The translations under genes were made by a program, and so were the position numbers. 64,000 nt of DNA from the IMG/VR virus record IMGVR_UViG_3300028886_000028, positions 256,001 through 320,000 of that record; one strand, written 5' to 3'. A model generated the notes under the pieces. The model worked only from the letters and a program-made list of their open reading frames with translations. It did no database searches and was not told the DNA's origin. Numbering within the stretch: position 1 is the stretch's first letter; the number at the start of each line of letters is the position of its first letter. Of this stretch, positions 16,576 through 25,532 are shown in pieces. Source of the stretch: a virus. Lineage: Duplodnaviria; Caudoviricetes.

Positions 16576-16649
16576 GCTCCATTAGCTCAGCTGTATAGAG
16601 CGTCATCCTCCTAAGATGAATGTCACAGGTTAGAGTCCTGTATGGAGCA
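16576..16649 (+). tRNA. tRNA-Arg(CCT)
   Basis: TCATC-CTCCTAA-GATGA arm. Confidence 0.88.
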
Positions 16650-16703
16650 CGGAAATCCCTTCTCAGTTGGGGGATAATAATATCACTGAGTGGCGGCTAA
16701 TTT

Positions 16704-17000
16704 ATGACAAAGAAATATTGGAAAGATTGGCAAAATAGAATTGGAGAAACCAAAAACATATACAAGTTTTGGAATTATTCAGATGGCAAAAAAATGAAAA
16801 GGTTTGGAGGTATATTAAACAACCTTGCAGGCGATAAATTATCTAAAGCAACATTTAATCATACAACAGATACTGTTGATTTGGTTATTGAAAGGTGGCA
16901 TCAAACGTTTTCAAAATCAATTCACATTCAGAATGAATATATAACATTGAATCGTGAAGATATTGCTTGTATAGAATTTAATAAAGAATATAATACATAG
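16704..17000 (+). CDS. Hypothetical protein
   Basis: 98-aa ORF. Confidence 0.65.
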   Translation: MTKKYWKDWQNRIGETKNIYKFWNYSDGKKMKRFGGILNNLAGDKLSKATFNHTTDTVDLVIERWHQTFSKSIHIQNEYITLNREDIACIEFNKEYNT

Positions 17001-17117
17001 AAGGACATACTGGGGTAAAATCTCAGAGAAGTTACCGTAGGCAACGAATAATTGCATCCTACATCAAGGCGTTGTTACAGTTGTACGGGATAGTGGAATG
17101 TAAGTATTATATATAAA

Positions 17118-17204
17118 GGAGGGATGGGTGAGTGGCTTAAACCAGCACATTGCTAACGTGCCGGCCCTTAATTGGGCCCGGGGGTTCGAATCCCTCTCCC
17201 TCCG
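17118..17204 (+). tRNA. tRNA-Ser(GCT)
   Basis: TTGCTAA loop, long variable arm, G73. Confidence 0.92.
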
Positions 17205-17225
17205 CTTAACTAAATTTAGTTAAAT

Positions 17226-17430
17226 GCTGTGCATCAGTGGTCCAGAGTGGTGCGCGGCTGCTACGCAAGGAAATATTCGAATAATGGTAATGCGTAGAAA
17301 ATCCCGGGCCGATGGATAGGAACGGAGAGCACCTGGTAGAGTGCGAAAGTGCGCGAAGGCGTTTACGGGTAGCTTAATGGTGTCGGTTAAGGCTTACGAT
17401 AGCCTTGTTTCATATTAGGTGATGTACAGC
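17226..17430 (+). ncRNA. Unassigned ~205-nt structured RNA
   Basis: 11-bp closing stem GCTGTGCATCA/TGATGTACAGC, GC-rich relative to genome. Confidence 0.55.
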
Positions 17431-17523
17431 CCTTTTATGGAAAAGTTATGAGGGTATATTAACTTAATGTTACGTTATGCCCTCATTTTTTTTATTTTAG
17501 TCTAACTAAAAATTTTATATCAT

Positions 17524-17769
17524 ATGGCGCAAAAGAAATTTTCTGAAATGGATATGATTATGATGGAACTACAGAAAATCGGAAACGATGAATTTATGTT
17601 GGGGTTCCAATATCCAGGGAACACTTTGGAAGAAGTTTTAACTGAAGCAATAAAAAAATTGCAGGATTATCTGGAAAACAATAAAGAAAATAAAGACAAA
17701 GTTTCTCCTTATGGCTACAGAATAAATCTTGAGCTTTTTAAAAAGGGAGAGCCAAAAAATATTTTCTAG
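17524..17769 (+). CDS. Hypothetical protein
   Basis: 81-aa ORF. Confidence 0.65.
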   Translation: MAQKKFSEMDMIMMELQKIGNDEFMLGFQYPGNTLEEVLTEAIKKLQDYLENNKENKDKVSPYGYRINLELFKKGEPKNIF

Positions 17770-17818
17770 GTGTATTTTCCTATCATAATTTGATATTTAT
17801 TAAAAATATTCAAATAAC

Positions 17819-18319
17819 ATGATAGGTTCATTACATACAATGAGTTATCTTAAACCTTGCAATGTTTTTTTAAAATTTTTTGCAAGGTTTAAAAGGACTC
17901 AAACAGTTAATATAAAAGAGCAGTATGAAAAATACAATATAAGGGTGTTTGACTTTCATATATACTTTGTTGGAATAAATGGCAAAGCCATTTTTAAATA
18001 CAGTGGTATAAAATACGAAATATCTTCTATGTACAAAATATTCAATTATTTAGAATACGTTGGCAATTCTTATGTTAGAATTGTATTAGAAGATAATGGT
18101 GAGAAAATCACAGAAAACGATAGGCTTTTACTTGAAAAACGTTTTATTGATTATTGTAAGATAATAGAGACTATATATCCCAGAATAAAATTTTTCGGAG
18201 GGTATAGAGAATATGATTCAAACATGTTATATAGATTTAAAAATGACGCTCCTAATGATTTAATCTTTTATAAAAGAGTTGATAAATTAAATAAATTCGC
18301 CGGTGGGGGAGTGGTTTAA
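17819..18319 (+). CDS. PI-PLC X-box-like phosphodiesterase fold protein (divergent)
   Basis: GS.H.MSY...TQ...I.EQY....IRVFD pattern. Confidence 0.5.
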   Translation: MIGSLHTMSYLKPCNVFLKFFARFKRTQTVNIKEQYEKYNIRVFDFHIYFVGINGKAIFKYSGIKYEISSMYKIFNYLEYVGNSYVRIVLEDNGEKITENDRLLLEKRFIDYCKIIETIYPRIKFFGGYREYDSNMLYRFKNDAPNDLIFYKRVDKLNKFAGGGVV

Positions 18320-18384
18320 CCCAGCAGTCTCCAAAACTGCCGTAGCTTAGGCTACCGCATGTTCGAATCGTGCCCGGCGAGCCA
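18297..18384 (+). tRNA. tRNA with Trp anticodon (CCA) and long variable arm; encoded CCA end
   Basis: GCAGT-CTCCAAA-ACTGC arm, GTAGC-TTAG-GCTAC V arm, G73. Confidence 0.88.
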
Positions 18385-18389
18385 TTTAC

Positions 18390-18466
18390 GGCGTGATAGC
18401 TCAGTTGGTCAGAGCAACAGACTCATATTCTGTGGGCCGTAAGTTCGAATCTTACTCACGCTACCA
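18390..18466 (+). tRNA. tRNA-Met(CAT) elongator (or Ile2), encoded CCA
   Basis: ACAGA-CTCATAT-TCTGT arm. Confidence 0.9.
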
Positions 18467-18580
18467 AGGGAACTTACAGCAAGTATTCATCGTGAAGGAA
18501 TGGTCTACTTGAAAGTCTTAAGAGCTTTTGTGCGTAAGCACTTGTGGGTTCGAATCCCACCGAAAATAAAAGTTCCCTAA
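18466..18580 (+). ncRNA. ACAGCAA cassette 10 carrying acceptor-less tRNA-Leu(TAA) body
   Basis: Stem AGGGAACTT/AAGTTCCCT; AAAGT-CTTAAGA-GCTTT arm, GTGC-GTAA-GCAC V arm, GTGGG/CCCAC T arm, only 3-bp acceptor. Confidence 0.85.
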
Positions 18581-18728
18581 TTTCTCCATTTTAATAATTT
18601 TAATATTGCAGTGCGTTTTTTTTTAAAAATGCACCGCAATTTTAGTTTAACTATTATTAACTATTATAATTTTGTTTTTCAATGTTTTTTTTGTATATTA
18701 CATATAATAAAACGAATTTAGTTTAAGT

Positions 18729-19118
18729 ATGACAATAGAAAAATTATTAAAAAGGTTTATGAAAGAAAATGGCATTTATGGAACAGAGTTATCAAAGGAT
18801 GCACTTATTTTTTTATTAAACCACGGCGAAGCAATGATGCCTTTTAATTCTTTTATATGGAGAAATACATTACAAGGCCATAATTACTGGTATGAAAAAG
18901 CCCTAAAGTGGGTTATTTGTTTATACGAAAATTATGAAAATATAAATTTAGCAGAAAAAGAAAAAAAATCTTTGTCTCTTGATGCGTTAATGATAAGTTG
19001 TTATAATTTACTTAAATATTATTGCTTAGAAGAAGAAAAAAAGGAAAATTTAATGAAAATTGATGCATATAATAAAGTTACTGAACTATATCATAAACTT
19101 CACAGCGAATCCCATTAA
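18729..19118 (+). CDS. Hypothetical protein, FLKE/W..T.QG..YW family
   Basis: RFMKEN...FIWRNTLQGHNYW. Confidence 0.7.
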   Translation: MTIEKLLKRFMKENGIYGTELSKDALIFLLNHGEAMMPFNSFIWRNTLQGHNYWYEKALKWVICLYENYENINLAEKEKKSLSLDALMISCYNLLKYYCLEEEKKENLMKIDAYNKVTELYHKLHSESH

Positions 19119-19215
19119 CAATTGATTTTTGTCAAGTATTGGCATAAAAAAACGCATAACACATCGTTTTTTTTCTTTATTATATTATTTTTATGTATAT
19201 TTGCAGCGTGAAAAG

Positions 19216-19650
19216 ATGGAGAAACATATAAAAATTATTACAAGGTTATTTAAAGAAGCAGGTGTATTTCCTAGTAAACAATATCGTCATATCATCAATT
19301 ATATAGAAGAAAAAAAATGTTGCGTTTTTTACGGAAGAGACGACATTAGTTATGGAAAATTAGGTGTTGAATATGAAATTAAATTTTTAAAATTACAATT
19401 TGACATTGTAAAAAAATTAATTGAATATGATTTATTAACAATACCTGAATATAATATTATACTATTTGACACAATAGGTAGATATGACATTAGATTTGCA
19501 AGCGAAGATTATAATAAATGGTACAGAGTTGCAAAAGAAACAAATAAAAAAGAGTTCGTTGATTATTTTTTTAACGTATATGAGGATAAAATTGGTAGCA
19601 TTAAAGAAAGCAAAAAAGTATCTGTAAGGATGGGCTTGCCAAGGGATTAA
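19216..19650 (+). CDS. Hypothetical protein
   Basis: ATG just after TATATTTG promoter. Confidence 0.65.
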   Translation: MEKHIKIITRLFKEAGVFPSKQYRHIINYIEEKKCCVFYGRDDISYGKLGVEYEIKFLKLQFDIVKKLIEYDLLTIPEYNIILFDTIGRYDIRFASEDYNKWYRVAKETNKKEFVDYFFNVYEDKIGSIKESKKVSVRMGLPRD

Positions 19651-19819
19651 CCTTGGCTTTTTAAAAGAAAAAACTTGTGTGCGCACACATTTATTTGATG
19701 TAAGTCAAAAAAACAGCCTTTACACATAAAAATACCTGTGAAAATGGTTGCATAATAAAAAATAGTGATATATATTAATTGAAGTGTAATAATAATTAGT
19801 GATTTAAAAGTGCAAAAAG

Positions 19820-20188
19820 ATGAAAAAGATTATTTTAGCAGTAGCGATGTTACTGGCTACTAATATCACTGCTATAGCAGAGGATAAAAACAGTAACGAA
19901 ATTAATATGGTTGAGGCATATGATATTAAAGTTAATATCAACAGCTTGGCAAAGTGTTTAGGTCTTTCTCGTGACCAAATTGGGTCTGTAGAAGACGTAC
20001 AGAAAATATTCTCTGAATGCTTAAAAGGCGCAGCCTTTTGTGATAGTGAAGAACTTCGTAAGAAAATGGTAAACAATGTTATAAACTATGATTTAAAGCA
20101 TATGAAATACATTCTTACGGAAGAACAGTATAGGAAATATTTATCGTTATTAAACGCAACACTTAACAATCGTGGAATAGAAAGATAA
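19820..20188 (+). CDS. Secreted hypothetical protein (Bacteroidota-like)
   Basis: Signal peptide; LTEEQYRKYL.LLNATLNNRG. Confidence 0.75.
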   Translation: MKKIILAVAMLLATNITAIAEDKNSNEINMVEAYDIKVNINSLAKCLGLSRDQIGSVEDVQKIFSECLKGAAFCDSEELRKKMVNNVINYDLKHMKYILTEEQYRKYLSLLNATLNNRGIER

Positions 20189-20339
20189 GAAAAATAAAAT
20201 TAGTGAAATGTAGTGCAAATACATTTATCCGGTAAGCATTCATTGAATATATTAAAAAGCTCACATTTATTGTGGGCTTTTTTTTGTTTTTTCATATTTT
20301 TTTTGTATATTTGTGAAAAAGTTAAAAAACCATAAAGAT

Positions 20340-20792
20340 ATGATTGACATTAATAAAGAAATTGCAGTGGCAATGAAGAATAGAGACAAGGAGAGATTGG
20401 ATACCTTGAAATTAATTAAAACAGAGTTGGTTAAAGTAGAAAAATCAGGAGTAATAATTGATGAAGCGAAAGAAGTTAACACTCTTCTTAAAATGATTGA
20501 CCAACGGAAAGAATCTATTGTCCAATATTTAAAAGGTGGAAGAAATGATTTGGCAGAATGTGAGCAGAAAGAAATAGACATTATTAAGCAATACATACCT
20601 GAGCAGCCAACTGATGAGGAAATAGAGAAATATACAGAAGACTCTATTAATGCTTATATAGAGCAAAATGATGCGGATTATAAAATTTCAATGAAAGATA
20701 TGAAATCTATTTTGTCTATGGTTCAAGAGAAATATCCAACCGCAAATGGAAAAATTGTTTCTAAAGTATTAAAGGAAAAAATAAATAACTAA
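20340..20792 (+). CDS. GatB/YqeY domain protein
   Basis: AMKNRDKERLDTLKLIK...QRKESI.QY..GGR.DLAE.E..EI..I..Y.P.Q. Confidence 0.9.
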   Translation: MIDINKEIAVAMKNRDKERLDTLKLIKTELVKVEKSGVIIDEAKEVNTLLKMIDQRKESIVQYLKGGRNDLAECEQKEIDIIKQYIPEQPTDEEIEKYTEDSINAYIEQNDADYKISMKDMKSILSMVQEKYPTANGKIVSKVLKEKINN

Positions 20793-20796
20793 TATC

Positions 20797-21591
20797 ATGG
20801 CAGATTCAACAAAGGTAATTAAAAGTGTAAACTATAATCAACATGCAATCATTCGTGATATTATTGAGTTGCATAATAACGGCAAGCCTTTTGATTGCGA
20901 TATTACTTATAGCATAGGTAATTTTTATGGGAATTTTAAACGTACAATACAAGAAAAACAAAATGATGGAAGCATAATAGAGAAACAAGAAGAATTTGAA
21001 ATACCGCAGCCTAAATATAAGTTTGATGTTGACCCGCAAGTAGAAGGAGTTGAAAAAATTGACCCTTGGGGACCGATTCCGTTGCCTGACAATAGTATTG
21101 ATAGTATGATGGTAGATTTACCATTTGTCATCGGACCAAGGGATTGTGCTTCAATGATAAACAAAAAAGAGGGTAGTAATGTTATTGGAAAGCGGTTTTC
21201 AAGTTATTATCCTCGTCATGAAATGTTCGAATCGTATGAACATTGGCTAAAAGAATCATATAGAGTGTTAAAGCCAGGAGGTGTTCTTGTTTGGAAGAGT
21301 CAGCCTGTTATATCAGGAGGTATAAATCTTATGACAAGTTATTATTCTTGTAGAGTAGCAGAAGATTTGGGATTTTATATTAAAGATGAATTTGTGTTGG
21401 TTGCAAAACAAAGATTAATATCAGGAAAAGTTAAAAACCAAATGCACTCAAGAAGATACCATTCTTTTTTCCATGTATTTGTTAAGGATGACCCTAAGAG
21501 AGATAAAACAAATTACTGGAAAAGGGAATTTATGGAAAAAAATAAGGAGATTGCTATAAAAACTCCAATTACAGATGCAGACATGAAGTGA
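20797..21591 (+). CDS. DNA methyltransferase
   Basis: DITYSIG, DLPF, ESYRVLKPGG. Confidence 0.75.
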   Translation: MADSTKVIKSVNYNQHAIIRDIIELHNNGKPFDCDITYSIGNFYGNFKRTIQEKQNDGSIIEKQEEFEIPQPKYKFDVDPQVEGVEKIDPWGPIPLPDNSIDSMMVDLPFVIGPRDCASMINKKEGSNVIGKRFSSYYPRHEMFESYEHWLKESYRVLKPGGVLVWKSQPVISGGINLMTSYYSCRVAEDLGFYIKDEFVLVAKQRLISGKVKNQMHSRRYHSFFHVFVKDDPKRDKTNYWKREFMEKNKEIAIKTPITDADMK

Positions 21592-22367
21592 AATTTTTAA
21601 CAGAAGAAGAAATAAAATGGAAAGGCGTAGATTATTATGTTTCGTTAAAAAAGAAGTGGAATAAAGATGAATATGGCAAATATTGGCAAAGAATTTATTC
21701 TGGTAAGCCTTCAGTAGGGGCTATGGTATATCTTTGTGATAAATGGAAACCTGAATCTTATGAAGATTTTTTTAATATGTATATTACAAATTATTCAGGA
21801 AATGATAAAATACATAGAGGAAGAAGTTTAGAAGAACTAGAAAATATTGCAGTTAATTGGCAAAAAGATACCGGAGATTATAATACTCCTTTATCTGAAT
21901 ATTTTGATGCTATAATATTGCATACTATAGTTGAAACATATGCCGGCAATGATTTTGAGAAAAAAGCCATACAAGCAATGTTAGACACAAAAAAATTTAT
22001 TATAGAAAAAAGTTCTGATGAAGAAGATTCTGCCATGAGCATTGATTTTAAAGTGTTTAATCTTGAACATAAATTATTGTATTTTATACAGGTGAAGCCA
22101 ATATCTTTTATTACTAGTGATAAATTACATACATTTAAAGACAGAGTTAATGCTTTTGAAAAGCATAAAAAGGGTAATGAAATATATCCGGGAATACCAT
22201 ATTATTATCTTGTATATGATGCTTATACTAATAAATGGGTAGTAAATCCAAATAAAAATAGATGCTTATTTAAATACGATGAATTAGTAAAATCAAATGG
22301 AGAGCCACAAAGAAGCAAATATATAATGCAAAAATACGAAAGCGAAACATTATTTAACAATAATTAA
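21588..22367 (+). CDS. MjaI-like type II restriction endonuclease (PD-(D/E)xK fold)
   Basis: ETYAG..FE...D....IDF......IQVKP.SF; overlaps the upstream MTase stop. Confidence 0.55.
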   Translation: MKFLTEEEIKWKGVDYYVSLKKKWNKDEYGKYWQRIYSGKPSVGAMVYLCDKWKPESYEDFFNMYITNYSGNDKIHRGRSLEELENIAVNWQKDTGDYNTPLSEYFDAIILHTIVETYAGNDFEKKAIQAMLDTKKFIIEKSSDEEDSAMSIDFKVFNLEHKLLYFIQVKPISFITSDKLHTFKDRVNAFEKHKKGNEIYPGIPYYYLVYDAYTNKWVVNPNKNRCLFKYDELVKSNGEPQRSKYIMQKYESETLFNNN

Positions 22368-22427
22368 CACGAAATATTTGTTTGTTTCGTGTTTTTTTTG
22401 TACTTTTGCATTCGTTATTAATATAAT

Positions 22428-22709
22428 ATGGTAATGTTAGCAATTGATGAAAGTAGAAAAGAGGTTTTTAAACGATTTACTCGTTTTTTAAAAGAAAATA
22501 AAGTATATTACAGATATTTTTCAATTTTAAAAGAATGCCCAAACGGAGATTTTCAACATTTTTATAACGGAAGTATAGAATATTTTTTTAATAACTGTGG
22601 CTATTATGATTGGTTAAATTCTTGTTTTATTTGGACTATGTATTCAAAATACGCTGATTGGTCAGATTTATGCTGTAAATGGAGAAAAGACTATTCTTTT
22701 TTAGCATGA
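22428..22709 (+). CDS. Hypothetical protein, FLKE family
   Basis: RFLKEN...CFIW...W. Confidence 0.65.
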   Translation: MVMLAIDESRKEVFKRFTRFLKENKVYYRYFSILKECPNGDFQHFYNGSIEYFFNNCGYYDWLNSCFIWTMYSKYADWSDLCCKWRKDYSFLA

Positions 22710-23491
22710 GATATAGTGGTAGTAAGGCTAAAATAGCAAAATACATAATTCCTTTTATAATGAAGGAATTAAAACCAGGTTTTAAATATGTAGAACCATT
22801 TGTAGGTGGCTGTAATGTAATTGATAAGGTTGATTGGAAGTGTAAGTACGGCTACGACACCAATAATTACGTTATTTCCTTATGGAATGCGATGAAAATG
22901 GGTTTATTTGGCAACATTCCGAAGGAAGTTACAGAGGAAGAATATAGCAAAATGAAAGAATTAGCTAGGAATAATAGTTGCTCTGTTAAATATCCACGCT
23001 ATATTATAGGATATGTTGGTAACGCATGTTCATATGGTTCTGCTTGGTTCAATGGCTATGCAAAATTTAACGAAAAACGTGGAGAAGACCATATAAAAGA
23101 GGCATATAATGGTTTTAGAAAACAGGTATTTTGGTTTGAACATTTACATGACACGTATTTTATCACCGCTGATTATAAAACAGCAATTGCACTTGAAACT
23201 GGCTTAGGAAGCAATAAAAACGTTGTAATATATTGTGACCCCCCATATAGAGGTACTAAAGGCTATAAAGATGGAAATTTTAACAGTGATGAATTTTGGG
23301 ACTTTATAAGAGAATATTCAAAACTCGGCATTAAAATATTTGTATCTGAATATGAAGCACCTGACGATTTTAAATGTATATGGAGTGCTGAAAGAAAAGA
23401 TGGTATGGCTACAACAAAATGCGGTTGCAAGCAAAAAACAAAAATAGAAAAATTATTTGTGTATAACGGTATAAATTTAAATGAAATATAA
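22706..23491 (+). CDS. Dam-like (D12 class) adenine DNA methyltransferase
   Basis: RYSGSK, EPFVGG, YCDPPY. Confidence 0.9.
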   Translation: MRYSGSKAKIAKYIIPFIMKELKPGFKYVEPFVGGCNVIDKVDWKCKYGYDTNNYVISLWNAMKMGLFGNIPKEVTEEEYSKMKELARNNSCSVKYPRYIIGYVGNACSYGSAWFNGYAKFNEKRGEDHIKEAYNGFRKQVFWFEHLHDTYFITADYKTAIALETGLGSNKNVVIYCDPPYRGTKGYKDGNFNSDEFWDFIREYSKLGIKIFVSEYEAPDDFKCIWSAERKDGMATTKCGCKQKTKIEKLFVYNGINLNEI

Positions 23492-23493
23492 TT

Positions 23494-24057
23494 ATGTTAG
23501 AGAAGTTAAAAAGTTTTTTCACGAAAAAGAACTATAATACTAATTTTTCCACTGTTAACCAACCATGTTTCAACAAAGACGGAAAATTTTTAGGTTGGTT
23601 TAGTCGTTCAATGGCAACTGCAATGTTCTTTTTCTGTAGGGATAAAGAAAACAATTTGTATGTTCTAGCGTCAGAAAGAGGTAAAGGAGCAGCTGATTTC
23701 CAAGGTTATTGGAATTGTCCATGCGGCTATCTTGATTTCAATGAAACAACAAAGCAATGCGCAATACGTGAGCTTGAAGAGGAAACAGGTATTGGAGTTT
23801 CAGAGGATATTGTGAGGTTCATTGCTTACGAGGATGACCCTATTACTGCAAATCATCAAAACGTTACGTTTAGGTTTGGGGCATATGACCCAGATAACAC
23901 TATTGAAAATTTGTCAAGTTTTTCCAAAAAGCATAATGAAAAAGATGAAGTAGGGCAGATTGCTTGGATTCCTGTTAATAACATTGATAAATACCAATGG
24001 GCATTTAATCATAAAACAAGAATAGTTGAGATTGCTCGTGAAATGCAGTTGATTTAA
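23494..24057 (+). CDS. Nudix hydrolase
   Basis: PCGYLDFNET..QCAIRELEEETG Nudix box. Confidence 0.9.
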   Translation: MLEKLKSFFTKKNYNTNFSTVNQPCFNKDGKFLGWFSRSMATAMFFFCRDKENNLYVLASERGKGAADFQGYWNCPCGYLDFNETTKQCAIRELEEETGIGVSEDIVRFIAYEDDPITANHQNVTFRFGAYDPDNTIENLSSFSKKHNEKDEVGQIAWIPVNNIDKYQWAFNHKTRIVEIAREMQLI

Positions 24058-24188
24058 ATCAAAATGATGTTGAAAAACGAAAAAATAATTATATTTATTT
24101 TTGTTTTATAATATTTATTTGTATATTTGCATAGATTTAAAACAATAAATAATAATAACAAATTGTTTAATTAAAAAAAAAGAAAGAA

Positions 24189-24356
24189 ATGAAAAAGTTA
24201 GTTTTTATGGCATGCTTTATGGCTATTGCTTCATTTATGGCATGCGGCAACAAAACAGAAGCAAGCGTTTCTAATGCCGACAGTGACACTGTAGTGGTAG
24301 ATTCTCTGGATACACTTGTTGTAGATTCACTTGATTCAATTGCTGTAAGTGAATAA
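24189..24356 (+). CDS. Small acidic lipoprotein (55 aa; absent from ORF track)
   Basis: MKKLVFMACFMAIASFMACGNK lipobox, VVDSL repeats. Confidence 0.75.
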   Translation: MKKLVFMACFMAIASFMACGNKTEASVSNADSDTVVVDSLDTLVVDSLDSIAVSE

Positions 24357-24426
24357 AAAAATCAGCACACAACAATGTTAATTGTGTGCTGTTTACTTTG
24401 GCCAATTTAATGGTAAAAACAATAAT

Positions 24427-24481
24427 TTAACATTATTTAACGTGAGATATTTGCGTATCTCACGTTTTTTTTGTATCTTTG
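24427..24481 (+). promoter_or_regulatory. Repeated hairpin-promoter element
   Basis: TTAACAnnATTTAAC plus inverted repeat enclosing TTTG, then TATCTTTG; copies at 22354, 34001, 48262, 49211, 52682, 55139. Confidence 0.75.
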
Positions 24482-24511
24482 CATAGAATAATGTATAATT
24501 TATAAATAACA

Positions 24512-24856
24512 ATGAATGAAAGTATTACATTAAGCAAAACAGAAATACTATCTCGTGCAAAAAGCAAATGGGATGGCGAAAGCAATGCTAATAGAGTAAG
24601 GGCAGGTTCAAAATATCAACATTTTATTGATAAGTTTAAACTTAACGTTAATGATTGGGAAAATGACTTTGAACGCCTTTCCAAGCATCAGCAAAACTTG
24701 ATAGTAAAGGGAGAATTAATAAGGACTTATGATTCTTTACCCAATTCTGTTAAGACTAAAATTATGCTTGATTTTGGCTTATCATCATTTTCAAGTAAGT
24801 GGTATAGAATGTCTAGTAAAGATAAAAAAATTTTACTTAATTACGTTATAAAATGA
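24512..24856 (+). CDS. Hypothetical protein
   Basis: 114-aa ORF. Confidence 0.7.
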   Translation: MNESITLSKTEILSRAKSKWDGESNANRVRAGSKYQHFIDKFKLNVNDWENDFERLSKHQQNLIVKGELIRTYDSLPNSVKTKIMLDFGLSSFSSKWYRMSSKDKKILLNYVIK

Positions 24857-25092
24857 AAAAAGACTATACCCGTGATTTCAACGACATAGCATATTTTATC
24901 GACCACGTTAATGATATAGACGCAAGGGTTGATGTGTTACAGAAACTAGGGTATAAAATAGGAGTTGATATTGTAACAAAAGAAACCAATGTGGTTAAAA
25001 GGGTTATTAAAGGAAAACGCGGAGAACTAAGAGTTCAAATAGCCCCAGCCCCTAAAGGACTACCATTAGCAAAATGTGTAATATTAGAATGA
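24853..25092 (+). CDS. Hypothetical protein
   Basis: 79-aa ORF coupled to upstream gene. Confidence 0.65.
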   Translation: MKKDYTRDFNDIAYFIDHVNDIDARVDVLQKLGYKIGVDIVTKETNVVKRVIKGKRGELRVQIAPAPKGLPLAKCVILE

Positions 25093-25445
25093 ATAAAAAA
25101 CTTACTGAAATTCTCACTGCTTGGAAAGAAAAGTATGGAGAAAATATGAGCGTTTATCCGGACGAACGCATTGCTGAAATAGCAACAAATTGTATGTCGT
25201 TAGCACAAGTCTGGCTTGAAAGCATAAAAAACGTGAAAAACATATCTTTGGAACTCAGTTTATATAATAAAGATAATGTTTTATGTGATATACTTCATGG
25301 CATAAATGATGATAATTTGGTTGAAACAATGTTAGATATTTTGGTTAATAAACACGAAAAATATTCTAAAATATCTCTCAATTATTATTCTTATGTTAAT
25401 GGAAGTAAAAGAGAAGGTTTGGTGGGAGAAATGGATATTAGTTAA
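25089..25445 (+). CDS. Hypothetical protein
   Basis: ATGA-overlap start. Confidence 0.65.
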   Translation: MNKKLTEILTAWKEKYGENMSVYPDERIAEIATNCMSLAQVWLESIKNVKNISLELSLYNKDNVLCDILHGINDDNLVETMLDILVNKHEKYSKISLNYYSYVNGSKREGLVGEMDIS

Positions 25446-25532
25446 AAAAGATTAAAAAAAACAATTAGATTTTTCTATTAAGAATATTTTTTGTACATTT
25501 GCAGCAAAACATAAAATTTAACATAGTATAAA

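Noticed and set aside
17001-17020. AAGGACATAC as an eleventh cassette
   Set aside because: Lacks ACAGCA and a clear matching right arm.
17226-17430. RNase P RNA call
   Set aside because: GAAAATCCCGGGC and GGCTTA only loosely resemble the P4 strands; insufficient to assign.
404-18580. Cassette repeats as a CRISPR array or intrinsic terminators
   Set aside because: Copies are dispersed, covary instead of being identical, enclose 40-160 nt of cargo and mostly lack U tracts.
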